This document shows positions 1-8,804 of a stretch of 33,283 bases of DNA, one piece after another (position 1 is the stretch's first letter; each line of letters opens with the position of its first letter). The notes beneath the pieces were generated by a model, which was not told the DNA's origin, made no database searches, and saw only the letters and a list, made by a program, of their open reading frames with translations. The DNA lies in IMG/VR virus record IMGVR_UViG_3300040810_000002, positions 1 to 33,283 of that record; one strand, 5' to 3'. This stretch comes from a virus (lineage: Duplodnaviria > Caudoviricetes). The translations under genes and the position numbers were made by a program.

Positions 1-1
1 A

Positions 2-2998
2 ATGTCCACCAGCACTACTGGCACTGGCACAATTACATTAGGTTCTGCTGAAAATGGCTACCAAAGTTTTGATGACGCTGGTGTACCCGATGGAGATGTA
101 GTCCGTTACGTTATTGAGGATGGTTCTAACTGGGAAGTAGGTACAGGTACGTATACTGCTTCTGGAACCACCCTCACACGTACAGTTACAGAAAGCAGCA
201 ACTCTGACGCTGCGATCAACTTGTCAGGTAATGCAGTCGTCTTCATCGGCCCAGCAGCACAAGACTTTAGCCCGACCATTACACTCGCTGGTGATGCCAG
301 CGGGTCTGTTACGCTTACAGACTTAGAAGATGCGACCTTGACTGTTACCGTTGCTGATGACAGTCATAACCATACTATTGCCAATGTCGATAACCTACAG
401 ACTAACCTAGATGCAAAACTAGACAAGTCTGGTGGTACTATGACTGGCAACTTGATCCTGAATGCTGACCCCACTACGGCATTAGGAGCCGCTACGAAAG
501 AGTATGTCGATACGATTGCTGCCGCTGGTGTTCACTACCACGATCCAGTACGTGTCGAGCAAGAGGGTAACCTTACAGCTACTTACGACAATGGTACAGC
601 AGGTGTAGGTGCAACCCTTACTAACTCAGGTACTCAGGCTGCATTGGTCATTGATGGGGTCACTATGGTCCTTAACGACCGTGTTCTTATCTATGAACAA
701 ACCAATGCATTTGAGAATGGTATCTACACAGTCACTAACGTAGGTTCTGCAAGCACTAACTGGGTTCTTACCCGTGCGACTGATGCAGACAGTTATGCTC
801 CGTCTGACCCTGACTCGCTTGGTAAAGGTGATGCTTTCTTTGTACAAGAAGGTAACGCAGGTGCTGGTGAACTATACGTTATGAATACCGATGGTGCTAT
901 CACCTTCGGTACCACAGCCATAACTTTTACTCAGATTCAGGCTACTGCTGTTTACTCTGGTGGGACAGACATTACCCTTAGTGGTACTACGTTCAACCTA
1001 GACTCTACTATTGCAGCAGATACTACAGGTAATGCAGCTACAGCTACAGCCTTAGAGACTGCACGTACAATCGGTGGGGTATCTTTCGACGGTACAGCTA
1101 ACATCAACTTAGCTGGTGTTAATACGACTGGTAACCAAGACACCTCTGGTAATGCTGCTACAGCGACTGCTTGGGAAACTGCCCGTACAATTACTTTGTC
1201 GGGGGATGTCTCAGGTACAGCCACAGGTGTAGATGGTTCAGGTAACGTATCTATTACTACCACTGTCGCTGACGACAGCCACGACCACACTATTGCTAAC
1301 GTAGATGGCCTACAGACTGCCCTAGATGCTAAGGCACCTACAGCAAGTCCTACCTTTAGTGGTACAGTTACTTTCCCAGCAGGTCAGACCTTCGATGGTC
1401 GTGACGTATCTGCTGATGGTGCTAAACTTGATGGTATCGAAAGTGGTGCAGATGTAACTGACGCAACCAATGTGTCTGGCGCAGGTGCCTTGATGCGATC
1501 TGGCGGTCAGATGACAGGCAACATCACGATGTCTGGCGCACAGACTGTTGATGGTCGTGATCTTTCAGCCGATGGTTCTAAACTTGATGGTATCGAAAGT
1601 GGTGCTACTGCTGACCAGACTATTACAGCAGGTAGTGGTCTAACTGGCGGTGGAACTGGTGACGTTACTATTAGCCACGCTGATACATCTACCCAATCAT
1701 CGGTAAATAACTCAGGTCGTACTTATATTCAAGATATTACACTTGATACTTATGGTCATGTCACAGCTATTTCCTCCGCTACAGAAAGCGTGACCAACAC
1801 AAACCAGCTCACTACATTTCAGTTAGAAGATGGTGACGGAACCGAGGTTACGATCAGCCACGGTAAAGAGGTTAAGTTTGTCGAGGGTACAGGCATTGAC
1901 ATCAACTGGACTGATACGTCTACAGGCTCTGATGGTGACCCATATGACATGACATTTGCGGTCACTTCGGCACCCAAATGGACAACCGCTAGAACGTTGT
2001 CACTCTCTGGTGACGCATCTGGTTCTGTCTCTTGGGATGGCTCCGCTAACGCCACGCTGACCGTTACCGTTGCAGACGATAGTCACAATCACGTTATATC
2101 AAACATTGATGGATTGCAGTCGGCTCTTGATGGTAAACAAGCAGCAGGTACTTATAACACTATTATTGGTACAGATAGTGACATAAACACATCTGGTTCG
2201 ACTATCATCGACAACATCTTTGTTACTGATGGTGTTATCACTAGTATGGGTACTAGGACACTAACTGCTGCTGATATAGGTGCATTATCTACCTCTGGTA
2301 AGGCTGCTGACAGTAATCTATTAGACGGCCTTGATTTGTCCACAGGGCGAAACAATGTCGCCAACAGAGTAATGCGTACCAATAGCAGCGGTTATGCAGA
2401 GTTCGGCTGGATCAATACAACATCAGGCGATACTTCAAGTGGCTTGTCTCGTCTTTATGTTGATACGGGTGACGGTTACATTCGAAAGTCTACACTTTCC
2501 CATGTTGCGTCACAGGGTGGCTTCCTGACATCGAGTTCCACTCCAGCAGAATTTTCTGTTGATAAACTTTATGCTAAAGGTAGATCAGAAAGAGTAAGAT
2601 ACGAAACCTCAACTTCTGGGCTTATCAGTGTTGATTTAACAGAGTTTAATAGTGGTGCTGGCGTACCTGATAGTATTATTTACTTTACTGCGGATGCAAC
2701 TGCGGATCGGGGTTTAAACATCCGCTTTGACGCCAGTAAATTGGGAACTAACACTGCCCATACTTTCACAATCCTTTTCACAAATGGTTCGACCCCGTAC
2801 AAAATGAACTCTTACTGGCAAGGTGCTGCTTACACAGGATCTTCATCTTCTATCATTTTTCCACAATTTGCTAAGTGGCAGGGGGGTGCAGGACCAGCGG
2901 CTGGTAACGCCGATAGTGTTGATGCCTACACATTCACATTCTTTTATAGTGGTTCCTCATATGAAGTAATCGCTTCAGGTCCAAATCAGTTTGCATAA
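2..2998 (+). CDS. Long fibre-like structural protein (tail or head fibre), probably 5'-partial
   Basis: 998 aa, rich in T/G/S/A/D. Three copies of TVADDSH(N/D)H-x-I-x-N-x-D-x-LQxxLDxK, two of GRDxSADGxKLDGIESGA, and repeated ARTITLSGD-like fibre motifs. The N-terminus (STSTTGTGTITLG) looks like an internal part of a common phage fibre N-terminus, so the true start may lie just outside the window. Confidence 0.75.
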   Translation: MSTSTTGTGTITLGSAENGYQSFDDAGVPDGDVVRYVIEDGSNWEVGTGTYTASGTTLTRTVTESSNSDAAINLSGNAVVFIGPAAQDFSPTITLAGDASGSVTLTDLEDATLTVTVADDSHNHTIANVDNLQTNLDAKLDKSGGTMTGNLILNADPTTALGAATKEYVDTIAAAGVHYHDPVRVEQEGNLTATYDNGTAGVGATLTNSGTQAALVIDGVTMVLNDRVLIYEQTNAFENGIYTVTNVGSASTNWVLTRATDADSYAPSDPDSLGKGDAFFVQEGNAGAGELYVMNTDGAITFGTTAITFTQIQATAVYSGGTDITLSGTTFNLDSTIAADTTGNAATATALETARTIGGVSFDGTANINLAGVNTTGNQDTSGNAATATAWETARTITLSGDVSGTATGVDGSGNVSITTTVADDSHDHTIANVDGLQTALDAKAPTASPTFSGTVTFPAGQTFDGRDVSADGAKLDGIESGADVTDATNVSGAGALMRSGGQMTGNITMSGAQTVDGRDLSADGSKLDGIESGATADQTITAGSGLTGGGTGDVTISHADTSTQSSVNNSGRTYIQDITLDTYGHVTAISSATESVTNTNQLTTFQLEDGDGTEVTISHGKEVKFVEGTGIDINWTDTSTGSDGDPYDMTFAVTSAPKWTTARTLSLSGDASGSVSWDGSANATLTVTVADDSHNHVISNIDGLQSALDGKQAAGTYNTIIGTDSDINTSGSTIIDNIFVTDGVITSMGTRTLTAADIGALSTSGKAADSNLLDGLDLSTGRNNVANRVMRTNSSGYAEFGWINTTSGDTSSGLSRLYVDTGDGYIRKSTLSHVASQGGFLTSSSTPAEFSVDKLYAKGRSERVRYETSTSGLISVDLTEFNSGAGVPDSIIYFTADATADRGLNIRFDASKLGTNTAHTFTILFTNGSTPYKMNSYWQGAAYTGSSSSIIFPQFAKWQGGAGPAAGNADSVDAYTFTFFYSGSSYEVIASGPNQFA

Positions 2999-3007
2999 GG
3001 AATTATC

Positions 3008-4849
3008 ATGCCAGTACTCAGCTTATTTGGCGGCGCATCGGCCTTTGCGTATGGCTGGGGCATTGCCCAAGATGTAAAAGTTGGTCAGTGGGACCTAGCC
3101 AACATGCACTATGACCCCAAATCTTTGGCGTTTAAGTGGACGGGGTATGATAGCAGTGTTGCGTACTCTGGTGTTACCAGCATGTCGTATAACTATGCTG
3201 GTTATTATCCCTTTGGGACAGAGTTTACACCTTATAGTATCCGAAGTTTGGCGATGCCCACCGAAGACTATTTGTATGTTTTTCATGGTACAGGTAGCGG
3301 AGCTAGTGATGAAACAACAGTTACTAGGATGGATTTAGCAAGTCCTGATGATGTTTTAGGTTATTCAAAAGGGGCATCTAATTATCAACAGGTAAATATA
3401 GATGATGGGACTGGATATGCTAACAGTTGGCTTTACGGTTCCGATGTAACCGCCGATGGTAAACACTATGTTACCTTTAAGGCCCCAGGAACTTCTCAGC
3501 CTAGTTATTACTCTGGCATTAGAAAATTTGATACCTCTACAGACTATTCGATTACGTCATCGGATACGCAAAGCCAAACTTTTGATTTTACATCAGATGT
3601 GGCTTATCTGTACGGCGGGATTAAATTATACCCTCGAAAGATGATCCTTTCGTCTAAGTCTACAGATACATTGTACGAATACTCTATGACTTCGGACTAT
3701 GACTTCACCACCCTAAGTTCTCCTACAACTAATTCGAACATAGGTACCATTAATGGTGAACACTATGATTTCACTGTAACACCAAGTGGTGATGCTTTTG
3801 TTTTTAGTGCTTTAGGTAATGGGACTTACAGACCAAATAGATACGACAACCTTTGGTGGGTTGATACTAGTGGAGGTTCAATTGCAAATCTGGATTTCAA
3901 TAGAGCCGACTCTAAAGACTTTAGGTTTTACTTAGGTGATGGTGGGACGGGTATTACTGATCAACACCCAAGAGGTGTTACGTTTAATGGTAACGGGACA
4001 CAAATGCTTGTCGCATTGCCCAACCAACAGCGCATCGCTGCCTATACAGTTGGTGCATTTAACGTAAGATCAGATGGTTCGTCCACTGCCGTAAAATCGT
4101 ATGTAGCTGGTGGAGTTAGAGTAAAGCCTGACGGAACAAAATTGTGGAATGTGGACTATGATAAGAAAAAGATATTTGAGATAAATATGTCCACTCCTTT
4201 TGATCTTGGCACTGCGACTTGGGGGAACGAGTTCTCAACATATAGTCAGGATACTTTTCCTTACATGATGCACTGGAAGCCAGATGGCACAAGGTTTTAC
4301 ATAAGCGGTCAACAAAATAAAAAAGTCTACGAATACTCTTGTAGTACGGCTTGGGATATTAACACTGCAACTTACACCAACAGAGCGACTGCTGCTTTGT
4401 CAAACAACGTCCTATACGGTTGCGCCCTCTCAGATGACGGTACTAAGTTATTCGTCACCATGCGACAGAGAGTAGCTTATCAAACCTACGAGATGAGAGT
4501 GGCTCAATATGCTCTAAGCACCGCATGGCAAATTAACACCGCTTCACAAATTGGGAGCGACATTGCTCTCACAGCAGGTTTTACGGACTTTACTTTTCAC
4601 CCTGATGGAGATAAAATGTTTACAACAGGTACGGCAAGCCCCTATGACGCTCGTTTGCAACAGTGGAATCTCAGCACTGATTGGGACATATCCACTGCTA
4701 CTCCTTCAAGTACGGAATACTTTGATTTAGATAATTTCCTAAACAGAGCAATCAACATCCGTCATGGTTGGTCGGAAGATGGCGGTCAAGTGTTTCTAAG
4801 TAACAATGACGCTGACAGTATTTATTCATTTAATGTGTACGAGACTTAA
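3008..4849 (+). CDS. Beta-propeller repeat virion protein, putative receptor-binding protein
   Basis: Repeated blades (FNGNGTQML, VKPDGTKLW, WKPDGTRFY, LSDDGTKLF, FHPDGDKMF, WSEDGGQVF) and STAWDINTA/STDWDISTA repeats. RBS AAGGGA. Lies directly after the fibre gene. Confidence 0.65.
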   Translation: MPVLSLFGGASAFAYGWGIAQDVKVGQWDLANMHYDPKSLAFKWTGYDSSVAYSGVTSMSYNYAGYYPFGTEFTPYSIRSLAMPTEDYLYVFHGTGSGASDETTVTRMDLASPDDVLGYSKGASNYQQVNIDDGTGYANSWLYGSDVTADGKHYVTFKAPGTSQPSYYSGIRKFDTSTDYSITSSDTQSQTFDFTSDVAYLYGGIKLYPRKMILSSKSTDTLYEYSMTSDYDFTTLSSPTTNSNIGTINGEHYDFTVTPSGDAFVFSALGNGTYRPNRYDNLWWVDTSGGSIANLDFNRADSKDFRFYLGDGGTGITDQHPRGVTFNGNGTQMLVALPNQQRIAAYTVGAFNVRSDGSSTAVKSYVAGGVRVKPDGTKLWNVDYDKKKIFEINMSTPFDLGTATWGNEFSTYSQDTFPYMMHWKPDGTRFYISGQQNKKVYEYSCSTAWDINTATYTNRATAALSNNVLYGCALSDDGTKLFVTMRQRVAYQTYEMRVAQYALSTAWQINTASQIGSDIALTAGFTDFTFHPDGDKMFTTGTASPYDARLQQWNLSTDWDISTATPSSTEYFDLDNFLNRAINIRHGWSEDGGQVFLSNNDADSIYSFNVYET

Positions 4850-4852
4850 AAT

Positions 4853-5326
4853 ATGACAAAATATGCCAAAATTGAGGATGGGCAAGTTGCCGTATATCCT
4901 TATCATCTAAACAGGTTAAAGACTGATTTTCCCGAAGTGGAATGGCCTTACCCTCAAATCCCAGATGATTTTTTAGCTGCCTATGATGTTTATCCTGTGG
5001 CAGTCCAAGAAGCACCTACAGATGTAGATTTGAGAACGCACATTGCGGAGCCTTCTTATTACCCTGAACTTGTTGATGGTCAGTGGACAATCACAATAAC
5101 AGTCAGGGAATTAACGGATGAAGAAAGTGAAGCTGTTGTTGGCTCTAAAGCTGCCTCTAACAGAGATGAAAGGTTTCGCAGATTACACGATACAGACTGG
5201 ATGGCATCATCAGACCGTACAATGTCACCAGAAGAAATTGCTTATCGTCAGGCACTACGAGACTTGCCTGAAACAGCAGCAAATTGGCCATTTTTAGAAG
5301 ATGAAGACTGGCCTACTAAACCGTAA
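4853..5326 (+). CDS. Tail fibre assembly chaperone-like protein
   Basis: C-terminal R-x3-L-x2-TDW...YRQALRDLP...WPTKP motif typical of phage tail (fibre) assembly chaperones. Confidence 0.75.
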   Translation: MTKYAKIEDGQVAVYPYHLNRLKTDFPEVEWPYPQIPDDFLAAYDVYPVAVQEAPTDVDLRTHIAEPSYYPELVDGQWTITITVRELTDEESEAVVGSKAASNRDERFRRLHDTDWMASSDRTMSPEEIAYRQALRDLPETAANWPFLEDEDWPTKP

Positions 5327-5336
5327 GGGGTAAACA

Positions 5337-6560
5337 ATGTTAGGATTTGCACCATTAGCGTCTACCACGTTTGCTGCTGCTGGCGAAGGTTTATCTTACC
5401 AACTTGCCGCTGACGAAGGTACATACAGCTTAACCTTCCAAGACGTTATTGATGCTATATCCATAACAGCGGGTGAAGCAACATTCACCCTAACGGGACA
5501 GACTTCACCTCTTGTCGTAACTAAACCAGTAGACGAAGGTACTTATTCTGTAACAGGCCAAGATGCAGACTTTGTTATTGCTGAAAGACTTGTAGCCGCA
5601 CACTTCAACTACATTATGACACCGCAAGATGCGGATGCAGCATGGAAACGTGTAGCGGGTCAGGGTAGCTTTAGTCTTACAGGACAGACCTCTGGTATTA
5701 ACTATCAGTTACCAGCAGGTGAAACATCATACAGCCTCTCAGGACAAACAACAGTATTTGAGGTTACTCTACTAGCTGGTGAGGCTACATATGCACTTAC
5801 TGGTCAGGCAGCTAACGTAAACACAAGCATTTCTCATGCTGCTGGATCGTTCTCTGTTACTGGTCAAGATGTAGCTATTAGTCCTACAACAGTTATCACT
5901 GTAGACGATGCCGCATCATTTACTCTGACGGGTCAAGACCTTAACTTTGACTATGCAGATATATTCCCTGTAGAGTCTGGTAGCTTCTCTTTAACAGCCC
6001 CAGTTGATCCAACTCTACATACATCAAAAGTTGCTGAAGAAGCTAACTTTACGTTCACAGGCCAAGATGTAGGCCTTATTGTTGCTGAACAACTTCCAGT
6101 CGATAGTGTGTCTTATACACTAACTGGTCAGGACATTAACTTTGATGTAAACGATAATTTTGTTGCAGAAGTTGGTAGCTTTATTGTCGGCGGTGAAGAT
6201 GTAAGTTTCAAAGCTAACTTCCCGATTGTAATTAACGACTCAGAGAATTACCTTTTCTTAGGACAAGATGTAACTCTGATTGACGGTAAATCTTTAGTTG
6301 CAGAAGGTACAACCTACACAGTTACTACAGAAGATGCGGTATTTACACCAGAGATTACACTACCTGCTGTAAGAGGCCAGTTTGCTGTAAATGGACAAGA
6401 CTTAGGGTTTACATTCCCATTGGGAGTAGATGAAGGTACGTTCACTATAACTGGACAAGACATTACGATCAGTAACCCATCATCTAAGCGTGGTGTCCTA
6501 GTCACTGGTAAATCCTTCAACAAGGTAACACTAATTCAACAATACAATAAGGTTGCATAA
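5337..6560 (+). CDS. Repetitive acidic structural protein (about 17 x F/Y-x-L/V-T-G-Q-D repeats)
   Basis: 407 aa. The repeat recurs every 20-23 aa along nearly the whole protein. RBS AAGGGG. Confidence 0.6.
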   Translation: MLGFAPLASTTFAAAGEGLSYQLAADEGTYSLTFQDVIDAISITAGEATFTLTGQTSPLVVTKPVDEGTYSVTGQDADFVIAERLVAAHFNYIMTPQDADAAWKRVAGQGSFSLTGQTSGINYQLPAGETSYSLSGQTTVFEVTLLAGEATYALTGQAANVNTSISHAAGSFSVTGQDVAISPTTVITVDDAASFTLTGQDLNFDYADIFPVESGSFSLTAPVDPTLHTSKVAEEANFTFTGQDVGLIVAEQLPVDSVSYTLTGQDINFDVNDNFVAEVGSFIVGGEDVSFKANFPIVINDSENYLFLGQDVTLIDGKSLVAEGTTYTVTTEDAVFTPEITLPAVRGQFAVNGQDLGFTFPLGVDEGTFTITGQDITISNPSSKRGVLVTGKSFNKVTLIQQYNKVA

Positions 6561-6562
6561 CA

Positions 6563-6883
6563 ATGGCTTTCTACATTAAGCAGAATGACACAAGCCCATC
6601 TATGTTGGCTAACTTACAAGATGCTGACGGTAACGCCATTAACCTTACTGGTGCCAGTGTTCAGGTTCACATTAAGGATGTAGAAGGTACACTCAAGGTT
6701 GACCGTGCAGCTATCATTCCTGATCCACTTATTGGTCGTGTAAGGGTCAACTGGCAGTCAGGGGATACAGATACTGTCGGTACCTACTATGTAGAGTTTG
6801 AGGCTACCTATAATGACGGTTCTATAGAAACCTTCCCTAACAATGGTAACCTAGTTATGGTTGTAGTAGGTGAGTTGAACTAA
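6563..6883 (+). CDS. BppU N-terminal-like small structural/adaptor protein
   Basis: FYIKQNDTSP...DADGNAINLTGASV...GDTDTVGTYYVEFEATY...IETFP pattern resembles BppU-like Ig-type phage adaptors. Confidence 0.6.
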   Translation: MAFYIKQNDTSPSMLANLQDADGNAINLTGASVQVHIKDVEGTLKVDRAAIIPDPLIGRVRVNWQSGDTDTVGTYYVEFEATYNDGSIETFPNNGNLVMVVVGELN

Positions 6884-7623
6884 TGACAACTTGGGCAAGA
6901 CAAATATATGAGCATGACCCTCTTGCCATAGCCAAGGGTGAAGTCAACGGTTACTCTAGTGAACATAAGTTTGGTGCTGTACCTGCTATGTCGCAGAACC
7001 AAACAGGGACTATCTGGGATGTAAACGATACAGCTTATCCTTGGTCCTCTTGGTCAACTGCTGGTACTGTAGACATTCCTGCTGTTAATGCATCAGACAA
7101 CGGTAAGAAGATTACTATCTTAGGTCTTGATGCAGATTACAACGCTCAGTCAGAAGAGATCACTCTGAGTAGTTCTGGTTCTGTCACATCTACAAATTCT
7201 TATATTAGGCTCTATCGTGCATTTCTATCGAATGGGTCTACAAATGTAGGTGTCATAAACGTACAAAAGTCTGCTGTAACAGTCATGCGTATCAATGCTG
7301 GTAAGGGTCAAACCCTGATGGCTATTTACACGGTACCTGCTGGTTATACAGCATACTTGATACAAGGTGCTGCCACATGTCAAGGTAATGCAGATGCTAC
7401 AGGGGATATGTACATACGTTACTTTGGGCAAGATGCATTTCGCATAGGTCACTCTTTTGAGTTCTCTGGTGCAGGTGGTCAGTACATGTACAAGTTTGCA
7501 GTACCGAGAACAATACCAGAAAAATCTGACGTTGACGTAAGAGCCTCAGTAAGAAGTAACAATGCTCGACTTACTGCTGCATTTGATCTGATACTCGTAG
7601 AAAACACATATAGAGATGTATAA
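6883..7623 (+). CDS. Hypothetical phage protein, probably virion-associated
   Basis: 246-aa ORF, translationally coupled on both sides (TAATG overlaps), beta-rich composition. No function recognised. Confidence 0.55.
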   Translation: MTTWARQIYEHDPLAIAKGEVNGYSSEHKFGAVPAMSQNQTGTIWDVNDTAYPWSSWSTAGTVDIPAVNASDNGKKITILGLDADYNAQSEEITLSSSGSVTSTNSYIRLYRAFLSNGSTNVGVINVQKSAVTVMRINAGKGQTLMAIYTVPAGYTAYLIQGAATCQGNADATGDMYIRYFGQDAFRIGHSFEFSGAGGQYMYKFAVPRTIPEKSDVDVRASVRSNNARLTAAFDLILVENTYRDV

Positions 7624-8804
7624 TGCCTAAAGTAGCTTTACAGAACAAAGTCAAAGAACACAACAAGAAGTCTAAGCATAAAGTTACTATGCGGATGTTG
7701 GAGCAAGTATATGACCGTGGCGTTGGAGCCTATCGCACTAATCCTGCAAGTGTTCGACCTAATGTCAAGTCACCAGAACAGTGGGCAATGGCTCGTGTCA
7801 ATAGTTTTCTACGTATCGTAAGTGGTTCTAAGTCTGCTAACCATGATAAAGACCTTCTACCTTCGTCGCACCCCTCTAAGAGTAAAGCTAAGAAGATGCT
7901 AAAGGCACAGTATGCCAATGACGTATTCACGACAGAGATGGAAGCACGTAGTCGTTCTATGGATATGGGATGCGGTGGTGCCATTCATGTGCATGAGATT
8001 GACGGACAGGCCGTATACATGCCCTGTGGTAGCCATGAAGAGTATTTAGACTACTACCGTACAGAAGATGAAGACAAGCCCTCAGAGGACCGCTTAGAGG
8101 CTCTACGGGTCATTGTACAGGAAGTAATGAAAGAAGAGTTCGCCAAGGCAGAGTACCAAGGTGAAAAGGTGACTTTGAACAAACCACGTAGATTATCTGG
8201 TGGTAACAAGAAGTTTGAAGTCTTCGTTATGGATGGCAGTAAAGTAAAACGTGTTACCTTCGGTGACCCCAATATGGAAATACGTCGAGACAATCCAAAG
8301 GCCCGTGCCAACTTCCGATCACGCCATTCATGTGATACAGCAACAGATAAGACATCGGCCCGTTATTGGTCATGTCGTATGTGGGAAGGAGGCACATCAG
8401 TGTCAGACTTAACAAAGAATATAGAAGGGCAAATCCTTAAAGCTGACGATGAACAACGTATGGTATACGGTTGGGCATCAGTAGTTACAGAAAAGGGTGA
8501 ACCTGTAGTAGATCGACAAGGTGATGTTATTGAGCCAGATACTTTGGTTCGTGCCGTAAACAAGTTTATGGAACATGTACGTGTCGGTAAAGAAATGCAC
8601 AAAGGGGACCAGATTGGCGCAGTCATTCACTCTATGCCAGTCACTAAAGAGATTGGTGAATCCCTTGGCATACAGAGTGACCGTGAAGGCTGGGTCGTAG
8701 CATTTAAGGTGTATAACGACGATGTTTGGGCCAAGGTCAAGTCTGGTGAATTAGCCGCCTTTAGCATTGGCGGTAGAGCAATAAAGGAAGACTATAATGG
8801 CTAA
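7623..8804 (+). CDS. XkdF-like prohead serine protease with three additional N-terminal domains
   Basis: C-terminal ~120 aa: KADDEQRMVYGWASV...DRQGDVI...KEMH...GWVVAFKV...VWAKVKSGELAAFSIGG, the XkdF/S78-type signature. Lies immediately upstream of scaffold and capsid genes. Confidence 0.85.
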   Translation: MPKVALQNKVKEHNKKSKHKVTMRMLEQVYDRGVGAYRTNPASVRPNVKSPEQWAMARVNSFLRIVSGSKSANHDKDLLPSSHPSKSKAKKMLKAQYANDVFTTEMEARSRSMDMGCGGAIHVHEIDGQAVYMPCGSHEEYLDYYRTEDEDKPSEDRLEALRVIVQEVMKEEFAKAEYQGEKVTLNKPRRLSGGNKKFEVFVMDGSKVKRVTFGDPNMEIRRDNPKARANFRSRHSCDTATDKTSARYWSCRMWEGGTSVSDLTKNIEGQILKADDEQRMVYGWASVVTEKGEPVVDRQGDVIEPDTLVRAVNKFMEHVRVGKEMHKGDQIGAVIHSMPVTKEIGESLGIQSDREGWVVAFKVYNDDVWAKVKSGELAAFSIGGRAIKEDYNG

